Source: Xylanibacter ruminicola 23
GTDB lineage: Bacteria > Bacteroidota > Bacteroidia > Bacteroidales > Bacteroidaceae
Assembly: GCF_000025925.1 (NCBI RefSeq)
Contig: NC_014033.1
Span: 2,670,001-2,702,000 of the forward strand
DNA length: 32,000 nt
Reading direction: 5' to 3'
In this document: positions 17,432 to 25,427 of the stretch, in pieces
How the letters are laid out: the number at the start of each line of letters is the position of its first letter
Position numbering within the stretch: the first letter of the stretch is position 1
Notes under the pieces: model-generated
Seen by the model: only the letters and a program-made list of their open reading frames with translations
The model's database searches: none
Told to the model about the DNA's origin: nothing
Made by a program: the position numbers and the translations under genes

Positions 17432-19396
17432 ATGAAACATATAATCAATTATATAGGCGCGCTGCTTGCTGTGGTTCTAATCGGTGCCACATTCACAGCC
17501 TGCGCTGAAGACGACGATAATGGTTCGGCCAACTTGGGACTGGGCATCAAAGTATTCTTCCCAACCAAGGTAGTTACCAACCAGCCGATGACCATCAATG
17601 GTTCTGGTTTCGATGGCGTCACCGAAATTGAGTTCCCTGGTGGTATAAAGACTTCCAACTTCGAGATTGTCAGCAACGGCATGATCAGAGTTGATGCCCC
17701 TGCCGGCCTCCCTGCCGATGGCGGTAAGATTATTGTGCGCACAGCCGATGACGAGGCAGAGTCGCGTTTGCCTTTGACACTGGGTCACACCAATGTTAGT
17801 GGTTTCTCGAAACAAGAGGGCGAAAAAGCCACAGGTGGCGAGTTGATTACCATCTATGGTTCCGACCTGGAGTTTATCAACAGCGTAGAGCTGCTTGATG
17901 CCGAAGGAAATCCACAGTTGGTTGACCAAAAAGACTTTTATCGCAAAGGCACCAGCAATGTGATCTTCCGCGTTCCACAGACAAACATCTTTAAAGGGAA
18001 GTTCGTTGGAATCATCCACACCTACGACGGTCAGAGCTTCAACATGCCAGAGTTGGCTTACGAGCCAGGTGCAACAGAGGGACACTGGGAGACTGTGAAG
18101 ACTGTTATCTGGACCAACAACGATCCCGATGCTAACGGTGCTGTTAGCTGGAATGGCACTTACCGTTTCACATTTGACGGCAACGATGCTAACAGCGAAT
18201 GTATCACCACATTCCCTGCTGACGTATGGGAGAAGATTAAATCAGAGAAATTCTTCATCCGCTACAAAGCTGCCGACCCAACATCTTATCAGATTCGCGT
18301 CACCACTGGTTGGTGGGGCACTCAGTGGCTGGGCAAAGATAATGATGTCGCTCCTTGGAGCATGCCTGACCGCATTATCGACAATGGCGACGGTACATTC
18401 TCTCTTGCTATCGACTTTGCAGAAGATCCAGCAATTCTTGAAACTATCGACGAGCAGCATCTGCTCTTCACTGGTGCAGGATTCACACCTTTGGAAATCT
18501 ACTTCGAAGAAGAAGTCTGGGTTGGTGGAGCAGAAGATGTAGAAGTAAAAGTGCCCATTTGGACCAACATCGATCCCGATGCTAACGGTGCTGTTAGCTG
18601 GAATGGCACTTACCGTTTCACATTTGACGGCAATGACGCCAACAACGAGTGTATCACAACATTTGCAAATGACATCTGGAATAGGATAAAAACAGAGAAG
18701 TTCTACCTACGCTACAAGGTAGCCGACCCAACATCTTATCAGATTCGCGTTACCACTGGTTGGTGGGGCACTCAGTGGCTGGGCAAAGATAATGATGTTG
18801 CTCCTTGGAGCATGCCTGACCGCATTATCGACAATGGTGACGGTACATTCACTATTGCTATTGACTTTGCAGAAGATCCAGCAATTCTTGAAACTATCGA
18901 CGAGCAGCATCTGCTCTTCACTGGTGCAGGATTTACACCTTTGGAAATCTACTTTATTGATATCATCAAAGGAGGAGGTAGCCCGAAGGAAGTGGTATTC
19001 TGGGAAAGCGATGGTTCTGCAGGTGCTGTCAGTTGGAACGGAACTTATCGCTTCGCTCTCGATGGCAACGATGGAAACAATGAGTGTATTGCAACTTTCC
19101 CTGCTGATATCTGGAACAAGATCAAGACCGGTACTTTCTATATGCAATATACAGCTGCCGACCCAACATCTTATCAGATTCGCGTCACCACTGGTTGGTG
19201 GGGCGCTCAGTGGATGGGCAAAGATAATGATATCGCTCCTTGGAACATGCCAGAGCGTATCATCGACAATGGAGACGGCACCTTCTATATAGAAGTAAAC
19301 TTCGGTGACGATCCTATTGTAGCCGACCTTGATGTACAGCATCTACTATTCACAGGTGCGGGATTCACACCACTGAAACTCTATTTCAAAGAATAG
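17432..19396 (+). CDS. Surface lipoprotein with N-terminal IPT/TIG-like Ig folds and three tandem repeats of an unassigned domain; putative surface glycan-binding protein
   Basis: 654-aa ORF with lipobox IGATFTAC. About 200 aa resemble two IPT/TIG-like domains (PMTINGSGFDGVTEIEF, GELITIYGSDLEFINSVEL). Three repeats follow: W..(D/S)...GAVSWNGTYRF..DGND.N.ECI.TF...W..IK...F...Y.(A/V)ADPTSYQIRVTTGWWG.QW.GKDND.APW.MP.RIIDNGDGTF......DP......(D/E)(E/V)QHLLFTGAGFTPL..YF. It occupies the position of XusE/SGBP-B downstream of the SusD genes. Confidence 0.8.
   Translation: MKHIINYIGALLAVVLIGATFTACAEDDDNGSANLGLGIKVFFPTKVVTNQPMTINGSGFDGVTEIEFPGGIKTSNFEIVSNGMIRVDAPAGLPADGGKIIVRTADDEAESRLPLTLGHTNVSGFSKQEGEKATGGELITIYGSDLEFINSVELLDAEGNPQLVDQKDFYRKGTSNVIFRVPQTNIFKGKFVGIIHTYDGQSFNMPELAYEPGATEGHWETVKTVIWTNNDPDANGAVSWNGTYRFTFDGNDANSECITTFPADVWEKIKSEKFFIRYKAADPTSYQIRVTTGWWGTQWLGKDNDVAPWSMPDRIIDNGDGTFSLAIDFAEDPAILETIDEQHLLFTGAGFTPLEIYFEEEVWVGGAEDVEVKVPIWTNIDPDANGAVSWNGTYRFTFDGNDANNECITTFANDIWNRIKTEKFYLRYKVADPTSYQIRVTTGWWGTQWLGKDNDVAPWSMPDRIIDNGDGTFTIAIDFAEDPAILETIDEQHLLFTGAGFTPLEIYFIDIIKGGGSPKEVVFWESDGSAGAVSWNGTYRFALDGNDGNNECIATFPADIWNKIKTGTFYMQYTAADPTSYQIRVTTGWWGAQWMGKDNDIAPWNMPERIIDNGDGTFYIEVNFGDDPIVADLDVQHLLFTGAGFTPLKLYFKE
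18104..18505 (+). repeat. SGBP repeat unit 1 (134 aa)
   Basis: In-frame tandem repeat offset exactly 450 nt from unit 2. Positions 18121-18183 are identical to 18571-18633. Confidence 0.9.
18554..18955 (+). repeat. SGBP repeat unit 2 (134 aa)
   Basis: I count about 8 mismatches in the last 234 nt versus unit 1, against about 25 mismatches in the 88-nt central patch. Confidence 0.9.
18995..19387 (+). repeat. SGBP repeat unit 3 (131 aa, more diverged)
   Basis: The same domain offset 435 nt from unit 2. The core ADPTSYQIRVTTGWWG and LLFTGAGFTPL is conserved. Confidence 0.85.
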
Positions 19397-19420
19397 TAAC
19401 AGCTCATTATAGATGAAAGA

Positions 19421-19454
19421 AGAGCACCCGTTGTGATGACGGGTGCTCTTTTTC
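19421..19454 (+). terminator. Rho-independent-type terminator after the SusC/D/SGBP genes
   Basis: agagcacccg (19421-19430) pairs with cgggtgctct (19440-19449) around a 9-nt loop, followed by a T-run. It lies 25 nt after the stop at 19396. Confidence 0.8.
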
Positions 19455-19540
19455 ATGACCTGTTTTTGCAAATCATAATGTTTTTTTGTCGTCAGTTCAG
19501 AATAGCCACCTCATTCATTTGCTGATTCAAAATTATTATG

Positions 19541-19548
19541 TAATTTTG
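19541..19548 (+). promoter_or_regulatory. Candidate promoter for the GH5-GH31 pair (TTTG-N19-TAATTTTG)
   Basis: The -7 box TAATTTTG lies at 19541-19548 and the -33 TTTG at 19518-19521, with a 19-nt spacer. The box lies 30 nt upstream of the ATG at 19579. Confidence 0.55.
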
Positions 19549-19578
19549 CAGCAATAAAACGACATCAACAATCTTAAT

Positions 19579-21333
19579 ATGAACAAAAAATTTACTACGG
19601 CATTCATCTTCATGGCATCGCTGTTTAGTTTGCAGATTCAAGCACAAGAGTTTGAAACTGCGACAGAAGCTGTTAAGAACATGGGCGTGGGCTGGAACTT
19701 AGGCAACACCCTTGAGGCCAACAGTCAGACCTACCACGATTTTACCAAGGATAACTACTGGGGACAGCAGGGACTGGAATCAGAAACCTGTTGGGGCCAG
19801 AGCAAAGCCAAGCCCGAGCTCATCAAGATGATGAAGGATGCCGGTTTTGGTGCCATCCGTGTACCTGTGACCTGGTATAACCACATGGATAAAGACGGCA
19901 AGGTGAATGCCGAATGGATGAAACGCGTCCACGAGGTGGTGGACTATGTCATCAACCAAGGCCTGTACTGCATCGTCAACGTGCACCACGATACTGGAGC
20001 CGACAGCGACAGTTTTAAGTCGTGGATCAAAGCCGACGAAGCGAACTACACCCAGAACAAAGCCAGATACGAGAACCTGTGGCAACAGATAGCCGAGGAG
20101 TTTAAGGACTACGACGAGCACCTGCTGTTTGAGAGTTACAACGAAATGCTCGACAAGTTGAGCTCATGGTGCTTTGCCTCGTTTGCTTCGACCAACAAAT
20201 ACGACGCAGCAGTAGCCAAGTCGGCCTACAATGCCATCAACAGCTATGCCCAGAGCTTTGTGACCACTGTTCGCAACACAGGCGGTAACAATGCCACCCG
20301 CAATCTGGTGGTCAACACCTACGCTGCTTGTTGTGGCAGCGGCACTTGGAACGATCACCTGAAAGAGCCCTTATCGCAGTTGACCATCCCCACCGACCCG
20401 GTAGCCAACCATCTGATGGTTCAGGTTCACGACTATCCCAACATCGCCAATGGCATTGCCAATGTCAAGAAAGAGATTGACGACATGATGGCTGCTTGGA
20501 ACACGCATATCCTCTCGAAAGGCATACCCATGATTCTGGGCGAATGGGGTACAGCCAATGTGGATGAAGGCGACGGCAAGACCGACTATGATGTACGCAG
20601 AGATGTGATGTTTGAGTTTGTTGACTATATGATTGCCAAATGCAAGGAGAACAATGTGGCCACCTTCTATTGGATGGGCTTATCCGACGGTGCCTACCGT
20701 TCGCTACCCGCTTTTAACCAGCCTGACCTGGCCGAGCGCATTGCCAAAGCCTATCATGGTAGCGACTTTGCTGGCACCTACCCTACCGAGAACGATTTCA
20801 ATATCAGCTATCTCGTAGAGTACGAGAAAGATTGGGCTGAGCTGTTTCTCTATGGCAATTACAACAGTGTATCGGCACTGAAACTCACTGAATACAAGGG
20901 GCTTCGCATAGAAATGGACGATAACTATGGCAGCAAACTACAGGTAAAAGTTTATGGCGATGCTACAGGTTCAAGTTTCAAGGAAGCCTACTATACCCTG
21001 TCGGCCAACTCGAAAACAACCACTGTTAACTTCGAAAACGCCAAGACAGGTTCCACCGTATCACGCATCACCCTGCAAACCAACGTCGGTGCCACTAAAG
21101 CCAAAATCAACCAAGTGGCACTTATCAAAAGCGACAACTCAGAGGTTAAACTGAGTCCTACCACCGCCTGGGGCTGCACGCTTAGCACAGAATCAACACC
21201 AGTTAGCGGCATACACGAGTTGCACTACACTCCCCAAACCGACAACCGCATCTACAACCTGCAGGGGCAGCAGATAGCTAAGCCACAAAGGGGCATCTAC
21301 ATCCAGAACGGAAAGAAATTTATAGCCAAATAA
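19579..21333 (+). CDS. Glycoside hydrolase family 5 endo-beta-glucanase-like enzyme with a C-terminal beta-sandwich-like region and a T9SS-type sorting tail
   Basis: 584-aa ORF with an SPI-type signal peptide (…SLQIQAQ). GH5 motifs are GVGWNLGNTLEA, IRVPVTWYNHMD, NVHHD, FESYNEM (acid/base NE) and ILGEWGT (nucleophile E). The C-terminus ...DNRIYNLQGQQIAKPQRGIYIQNGKKFIAK resembles Por/T9SS C-terminal domains. Confidence 0.85.
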   Translation: MNKKFTTAFIFMASLFSLQIQAQEFETATEAVKNMGVGWNLGNTLEANSQTYHDFTKDNYWGQQGLESETCWGQSKAKPELIKMMKDAGFGAIRVPVTWYNHMDKDGKVNAEWMKRVHEVVDYVINQGLYCIVNVHHDTGADSDSFKSWIKADEANYTQNKARYENLWQQIAEEFKDYDEHLLFESYNEMLDKLSSWCFASFASTNKYDAAVAKSAYNAINSYAQSFVTTVRNTGGNNATRNLVVNTYAACCGSGTWNDHLKEPLSQLTIPTDPVANHLMVQVHDYPNIANGIANVKKEIDDMMAAWNTHILSKGIPMILGEWGTANVDEGDGKTDYDVRRDVMFEFVDYMIAKCKENNVATFYWMGLSDGAYRSLPAFNQPDLAERIAKAYHGSDFAGTYPTENDFNISYLVEYEKDWAELFLYGNYNSVSALKLTEYKGLRIEMDDNYGSKLQVKVYGDATGSSFKEAYYTLSANSKTTTVNFENAKTGSTVSRITLQTNVGATKAKINQVALIKSDNSEVKLSPTTAWGCTLSTESTPVSGIHELHYTPQTDNRIYNLQGQQIAKPQRGIYIQNGKKFIAK

Positions 21334-21342
21334 CCTTTAACA

Positions 21343-23601
21343 ATGAAACGCTTATTATTAATAATGTGTGCTGCATGGGGATTACACGCCGCAGCACAGA
21401 TTCAGACAAACGCAGGTGTACAGTACCTGCAGTGTATGCAAAAAGATATGTCGACAGACTTCTACGACCTGTCGAACACGTACTTTTTTGCTGATTCTTT
21501 GGTAAGTTTCGATGCTGCCAAAGGCGAAGGACAGGTACAGTGGAAGCGATACCGTATGAGTCCACGACAGGCTTTTAACCTGAATGGCTACTGGCCTGTA
21601 CGTATGCAGATGCTGGACTTCCCCGACGCGGCTTACGAGAACGACCCGAACCTGAAGATTAAGATTGAGTTTATCTCGCCCAGAACTGCACGTATCCGCA
21701 TGTTTACTTCGCCAGTGGAGCCAAAGAGCACAGACCAAGAGGATATCATGTTCTGCGATGGGTTTAAAGCCAAGGGCGTTGGAGCGATGTGGGAAACATC
21801 GCAGACTGGCGATGCTATTAGCTACAAATCGCAGTATGGCAGCATAGAGATAAAAAAATATCCTTGGCGACTGGTGATTAAGGATGCTCACGGTAAGGTG
21901 CTGACACAGACGCGCCACATCATCGATAACGATTCGTCACAGGTAAAACTGCAGCCTTTTTCGTTTATCAAACGAGGCAGCGACAACAGCCGAAGCATCA
22001 ACCCCGTACTGACACTCGCCCCTGGCGAACGTATCTATGGTTGCGGTGAGTCGTTCACCTCGCTGAACAAGGTGGGACAAAAGGTACACCTGAGCGTGAC
22101 CGACCCACAGGGACCTGAGACCGACGGACAGTATAAGCCCGTGCCCTTCTTCTTTTCAAATCGAGGCTACGGTATCTTTATGCACACCTCTGCACCAGTC
22201 ACCTGCGACTTCGGGGCATCATATATCGGCGCCGACCGTCTGTTTATGGCCGATGAGCAGATGGATTTCTTCGTTTTCTTCGGCGAGCCCAAGGATATCC
22301 TTTACGAGTATACCGAGATTACAGGCAAGTCGCCACTGCCTCCGCTGTGGAGTTTTGGCACTTGGATGAGTCGTATCACTTACTTCTCGCAAGAAGAGGG
22401 TTTGGAGATAGCCCGTCAACTGCGAGCCAACCGCATCCCTGCCGATGTGATACATTTTGATACGGGATGGTTTGGTACCGATTGGCAGTGCGACTACCAG
22501 TTTGCCAAAGATCGTTTTAAGGATCCGGAAAAGATGCTGAAGCAGTTAGCAAAGGACGGTTTCCACACCTGCTTGTGGCAGCTCCCCTACTTCACACCCA
22601 AGAACCGATTCTTTAACGAGATTATCGACAAGGGCTTGAACGTTAAGAACGCTACAGGCGGTATGCCTGTTGAGGATGCCATTCTGGATTTCTCAAACCC
22701 CGAAACCGTCAACTGGTATCAGCAAAAGATAGAAGGACTGATGAAACAGGGTGTTTCAACTATCAAGTGCGACTTTGGCGAAGCTGCGCCTTACAATGGT
22801 TTCTATCATAGCGGCAAGGGCGGACTGTATGAGCACAACCTCTATCCGCTACGCTACAACAAGGCACTTTGGGAGGTTGTAGAGCGCAATCATCCTAACG
22901 AAGGTATTATCTGGGCCCGCTCAGCTTGGGCTGGCAGTCAGCGTTATGCCCTGCACTGGGGTGGCGATGCCGCTACCACCAACACTGGCATGCTTGGCGA
23001 CTTGCGAGGTGGACTGAGTTTTGGACTGAGTGGTTTCTCGTTCTGGAGTCATGATATGGGCGGTTTCGTCACAGCATCGCCCGAGGATATCTATCGTCGT
23101 TGGCTGCCATTCGGATTCCTGAGTAGTCACACCCGTGCCCATGGTGCCCCTCCCACAGAGCCTTGGCTCATCTCCGAATCGTTTACCGATGCTTTCCGTG
23201 CTTGTGCCGAAATGAAGTATAAGCTGATGCCATATGTTTGGGAACAGGCCAAGGAGTGTTCACAGCTCGGACTGCCGATGGTGCGTGCCCTACTGGTAGA
23301 GTTCCCTCACGATCAGGGTGCCTGGTATGTAGAAGATGAGTATATGTTCGGCTCAAAGATGCTGGTGGCTCCACTGTTGGAGAGTGGCAACAGTCGCAAT
23401 GTGTACCTGCCTAAAGGCAAGTGGATTGACTATCAGACAGGTAAGGTTTATGAGGGCGGCTACCAGACCATCGAAGCTGGCGAGATACCTTGTATCATCC
23501 TGGTAAAAGACGGCAGCGTGATACCACACGCCCCACTGGCCCAGCGCACCGACCAGATTAACTGGAATGCGATAGAGAACAAGGAGTATAAAGCCAATTA
23601 A
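21343..23601 (+). CDS. Glycoside hydrolase family 31, YicI-like alpha-xylosidase candidate
   Basis: 752-aa ORF with a signal peptide (…GLHAAAQ). It contains IKCDFGE (compare the YicI nucleophile motif KTDFGE) and HWGGD (the acid/base region), and its size is similar to YicI. It lies 9 nt downstream of the GH5 gene. Confidence 0.8.
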   Translation: MKRLLLIMCAAWGLHAAAQIQTNAGVQYLQCMQKDMSTDFYDLSNTYFFADSLVSFDAAKGEGQVQWKRYRMSPRQAFNLNGYWPVRMQMLDFPDAAYENDPNLKIKIEFISPRTARIRMFTSPVEPKSTDQEDIMFCDGFKAKGVGAMWETSQTGDAISYKSQYGSIEIKKYPWRLVIKDAHGKVLTQTRHIIDNDSSQVKLQPFSFIKRGSDNSRSINPVLTLAPGERIYGCGESFTSLNKVGQKVHLSVTDPQGPETDGQYKPVPFFFSNRGYGIFMHTSAPVTCDFGASYIGADRLFMADEQMDFFVFFGEPKDILYEYTEITGKSPLPPLWSFGTWMSRITYFSQEEGLEIARQLRANRIPADVIHFDTGWFGTDWQCDYQFAKDRFKDPEKMLKQLAKDGFHTCLWQLPYFTPKNRFFNEIIDKGLNVKNATGGMPVEDAILDFSNPETVNWYQQKIEGLMKQGVSTIKCDFGEAAPYNGFYHSGKGGLYEHNLYPLRYNKALWEVVERNHPNEGIIWARSAWAGSQRYALHWGGDAATTNTGMLGDLRGGLSFGLSGFSFWSHDMGGFVTASPEDIYRRWLPFGFLSSHTRAHGAPPTEPWLISESFTDAFRACAEMKYKLMPYVWEQAKECSQLGLPMVRALLVEFPHDQGAWYVEDEYMFGSKMLVAPLLESGNSRNVYLPKGKWIDYQTGKVYEGGYQTIEAGEIPCIILVKDGSVIPHAPLAQRTDQINWNAIENKEYKAN

Positions 23602-23604
23602 TCA

Positions 23605-24285
23605 TTAACGGATACGGTGCTTGGCAATAACCTCACCGTCGTACGAGTTGATGCTGATTCTGACCGAGTCGGCATCAATTCTATTTGTAGGGATACTGAG
23701 ATATACCTTGGTAGAGTAATACTCAGGCACGTTACCTTGGTCGTGATACAGAATAAGATGACGTATCTGCTTGCTATCAGCATGTTTAACCAGTGTATCG
23801 CTGATAATCGCTAAGCTCTGAGCGGCGGTAGAATCATCGGTAACACCCGTCTTCAGTTGCAGACTCAGGTTCAGATACTTTCCCGTTTTACTCATCCAGG
23901 TGCTCTCAAACTTCACAGGATCGGTCAACAGCGGCTTATCAAAATCCGAAAGCAAGGCGATGTTGGCACATGGCACCTGTCCCATCGAAACCACCTCGGC
24001 CTGATTATCCACCTTATTATAATATAGCATACAGCGATAGGTGGTATCAGCCTTGCTGACCCACTTGGCAGTATAAGGTGCTGTGAGCGACAATTCGTCG
24101 CCATCATCGGTAACAATCTTTGTTACCTGCTGGTTGCTGTTCACCACAGCCTCAGCAAAGTCGCCTCGCAACAAAGAGTACTTCCCCTCGCCCTTATCGT
24201 AAACATCCTGAGAGCACGACGAGATGATAGTTGACAGTTGACAGTTGACAGTTATGATTACTATCAGTCTAAAAAGTTTCTTCAT
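23605..24285 (-). CDS. Small lipoprotein of unknown function, possibly NigD-like
   Basis: 226-aa ORF with lipobox STIISSC. It is the last gene of the minus-strand housekeeping operon, with an ATGA start/stop overlap with the upstream gene. The NigD-like assignment is a recollection of family size and N-terminus only. Confidence 0.6.
   Translation of the reverse strand: MKKLFRLIVIITVNCQLSTIISSCSQDVYDKGEGKYSLLRGDFAEAVVNSNQQVTKIVTDDGDELSLTAPYTAKWVSKADTTYRCMLYYNKVDNQAEVVSMGQVPCANIALLSDFDKPLLTDPVKFESTWMSKTGKYLNLSLQLKTGVTDDSTAAQSLAIISDTLVKHADSKQIRHLILYHDQGNVPEYYSTKVYLSIPTNRIDADSVRISINSYDGEVIAKHRIR
24229..24253. repeat. Heptanucleotide tandem repeat (AGTTGAC x 3.6) inside the lipoprotein signal-peptide coding region
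   Basis: agttgac agttgac agttgac agtt is read directly from the sequence. On the minus strand it encodes ...ITVNCQLSTII... Confidence 0.9.
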
Positions 24286-25424
24286 TGGGCAGCCATTAAG
24301 TTTCGCACTGGGTTGGCATACATCGTCAGCATGCGCTCACGTAGGAACGCCTCGTCCTTATTGGGCAGATTGATCTTGGCCATCTGACCAGCTAAGTACT
24401 GATTGAAACGCTTCACGTCGGCATCGGTATAATGGGCGGCATTGGCCTGATTGCCATTCAACTCGTCAAGGGCGATGTAGTTGCAGGGGTAAAGTTCGTA
24501 GCCACGATGTATCTCGCGGTCCATACGCTCGGCCAGAGCCTTAAACCACTCTGTCTTAGGCAACTCCGAGAGGTCGTCGATCCAGGTATTGATAGGGGCT
24601 GCAGGACGATAAACCACACGTCCCTTATAGCCGAAGATACCTGTCTTCATATTGTCGAGATCGTCCTGACGTGATTTCTTGAAGGCAGGATTATCACGTT
24701 TCTGCTGGAACTCCTGCGCCTTCAGATAGTCGCAAGGGTCAAACTCATAGCTGATGGTGAGCGGTACGATGTTCAGTTCCTTCAGATCGCCCCCCATGGC
24801 CAGCATCTTCAACACAGCATCCTGGGTATGGTCGCTCGAATCCTTGGCTCTACCCTCGCGCTGGGCAATCCAGATATTCTCCTTTTTCTGGGTTACGGCA
24901 TAGTGGATATAACGACTCATGAGCTGCGAGGCTGCCAACGTTTCGCGCAGCGATAAGCCACGACGCACGGTAAAGGCCTTGTTCATACGCACCAGTCGTT
25001 TTATCCAAGGATAGATAAGCAGATTATCGCCAATACCTATCTCAACGGTAGTGGGATAACCTGCTTCAACCAGCTTTACATCCAAGAATGCCGAATCGAG
25101 CACGATATCGCGATGATTCGACACAAATGTGTATCGCTGACTCTTATCGTAAGCTGCAATCGAAGAATCCTGGAACGAGCACCCGTCGGTATGCTTGCGG
25201 ATGATGTAGTTAACCACCGGTTTCATGAAACGCTTCTGGAAATCGAGTGGTGTTTTGATACCAGTAAATGCCAGGCGCAACAAGGCGTTACGCATCGATT
25301 TAGGCAACCAAGGGGTAAAACCCTTCAGTATCATCTGGAACTGTCTGTCGTTGAGCAAGTCGTCGAACGCCTGCTTCATCTCTCCCGCCTCGTAAGGTCG
25401 GATCTCGTCGAACTCTTCTCTCAT
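24282..25424 (-). CDS. Acyltransferase-like protein (lysophospholipid/glycerol acyltransferase superfamily candidate)
   Basis: 380-aa ORF. The motif FVSNHRDIVLDSAF resembles the HX4D acyltransferase box, but I count five residues between H and the second D. A downstream IGIGDN...VRR region is present. The assignment is tentative. Confidence 0.5.
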   Translation of the reverse strand: MREEFDEIRPYEAGEMKQAFDDLLNDRQFQMILKGFTPWLPKSMRNALLRLAFTGIKTPLDFQKRFMKPVVNYIIRKHTDGCSFQDSSIAAYDKSQRYTFVSNHRDIVLDSAFLDVKLVEAGYPTTVEIGIGDNLLIYPWIKRLVRMNKAFTVRRGLSLRETLAASQLMSRYIHYAVTQKKENIWIAQREGRAKDSSDHTQDAVLKMLAMGGDLKELNIVPLTISYEFDPCDYLKAQEFQQKRDNPAFKKSRQDDLDNMKTGIFGYKGRVVYRPAAPINTWIDDLSELPKTEWFKALAERMDREIHRGYELYPCNYIALDELNGNQANAAHYTDADVKRFNQYLAGQMAKINLPNKDEAFLRERMLTMYANPVRNLMAAQ

Positions 25425-25427
25425 ATA

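Noticed and set aside
18104-19387. Tandem repeats considered as a CRISPR array or as a diversity-generating retroelement VR/TR pair
   Set aside because: The units are 393-402 nt, in frame and translated as protein domains, so this is not a CRISPR array. Differences between the copies are not confined to adenine positions, and no reverse transcriptase is in the window, so a DGR is not supported.
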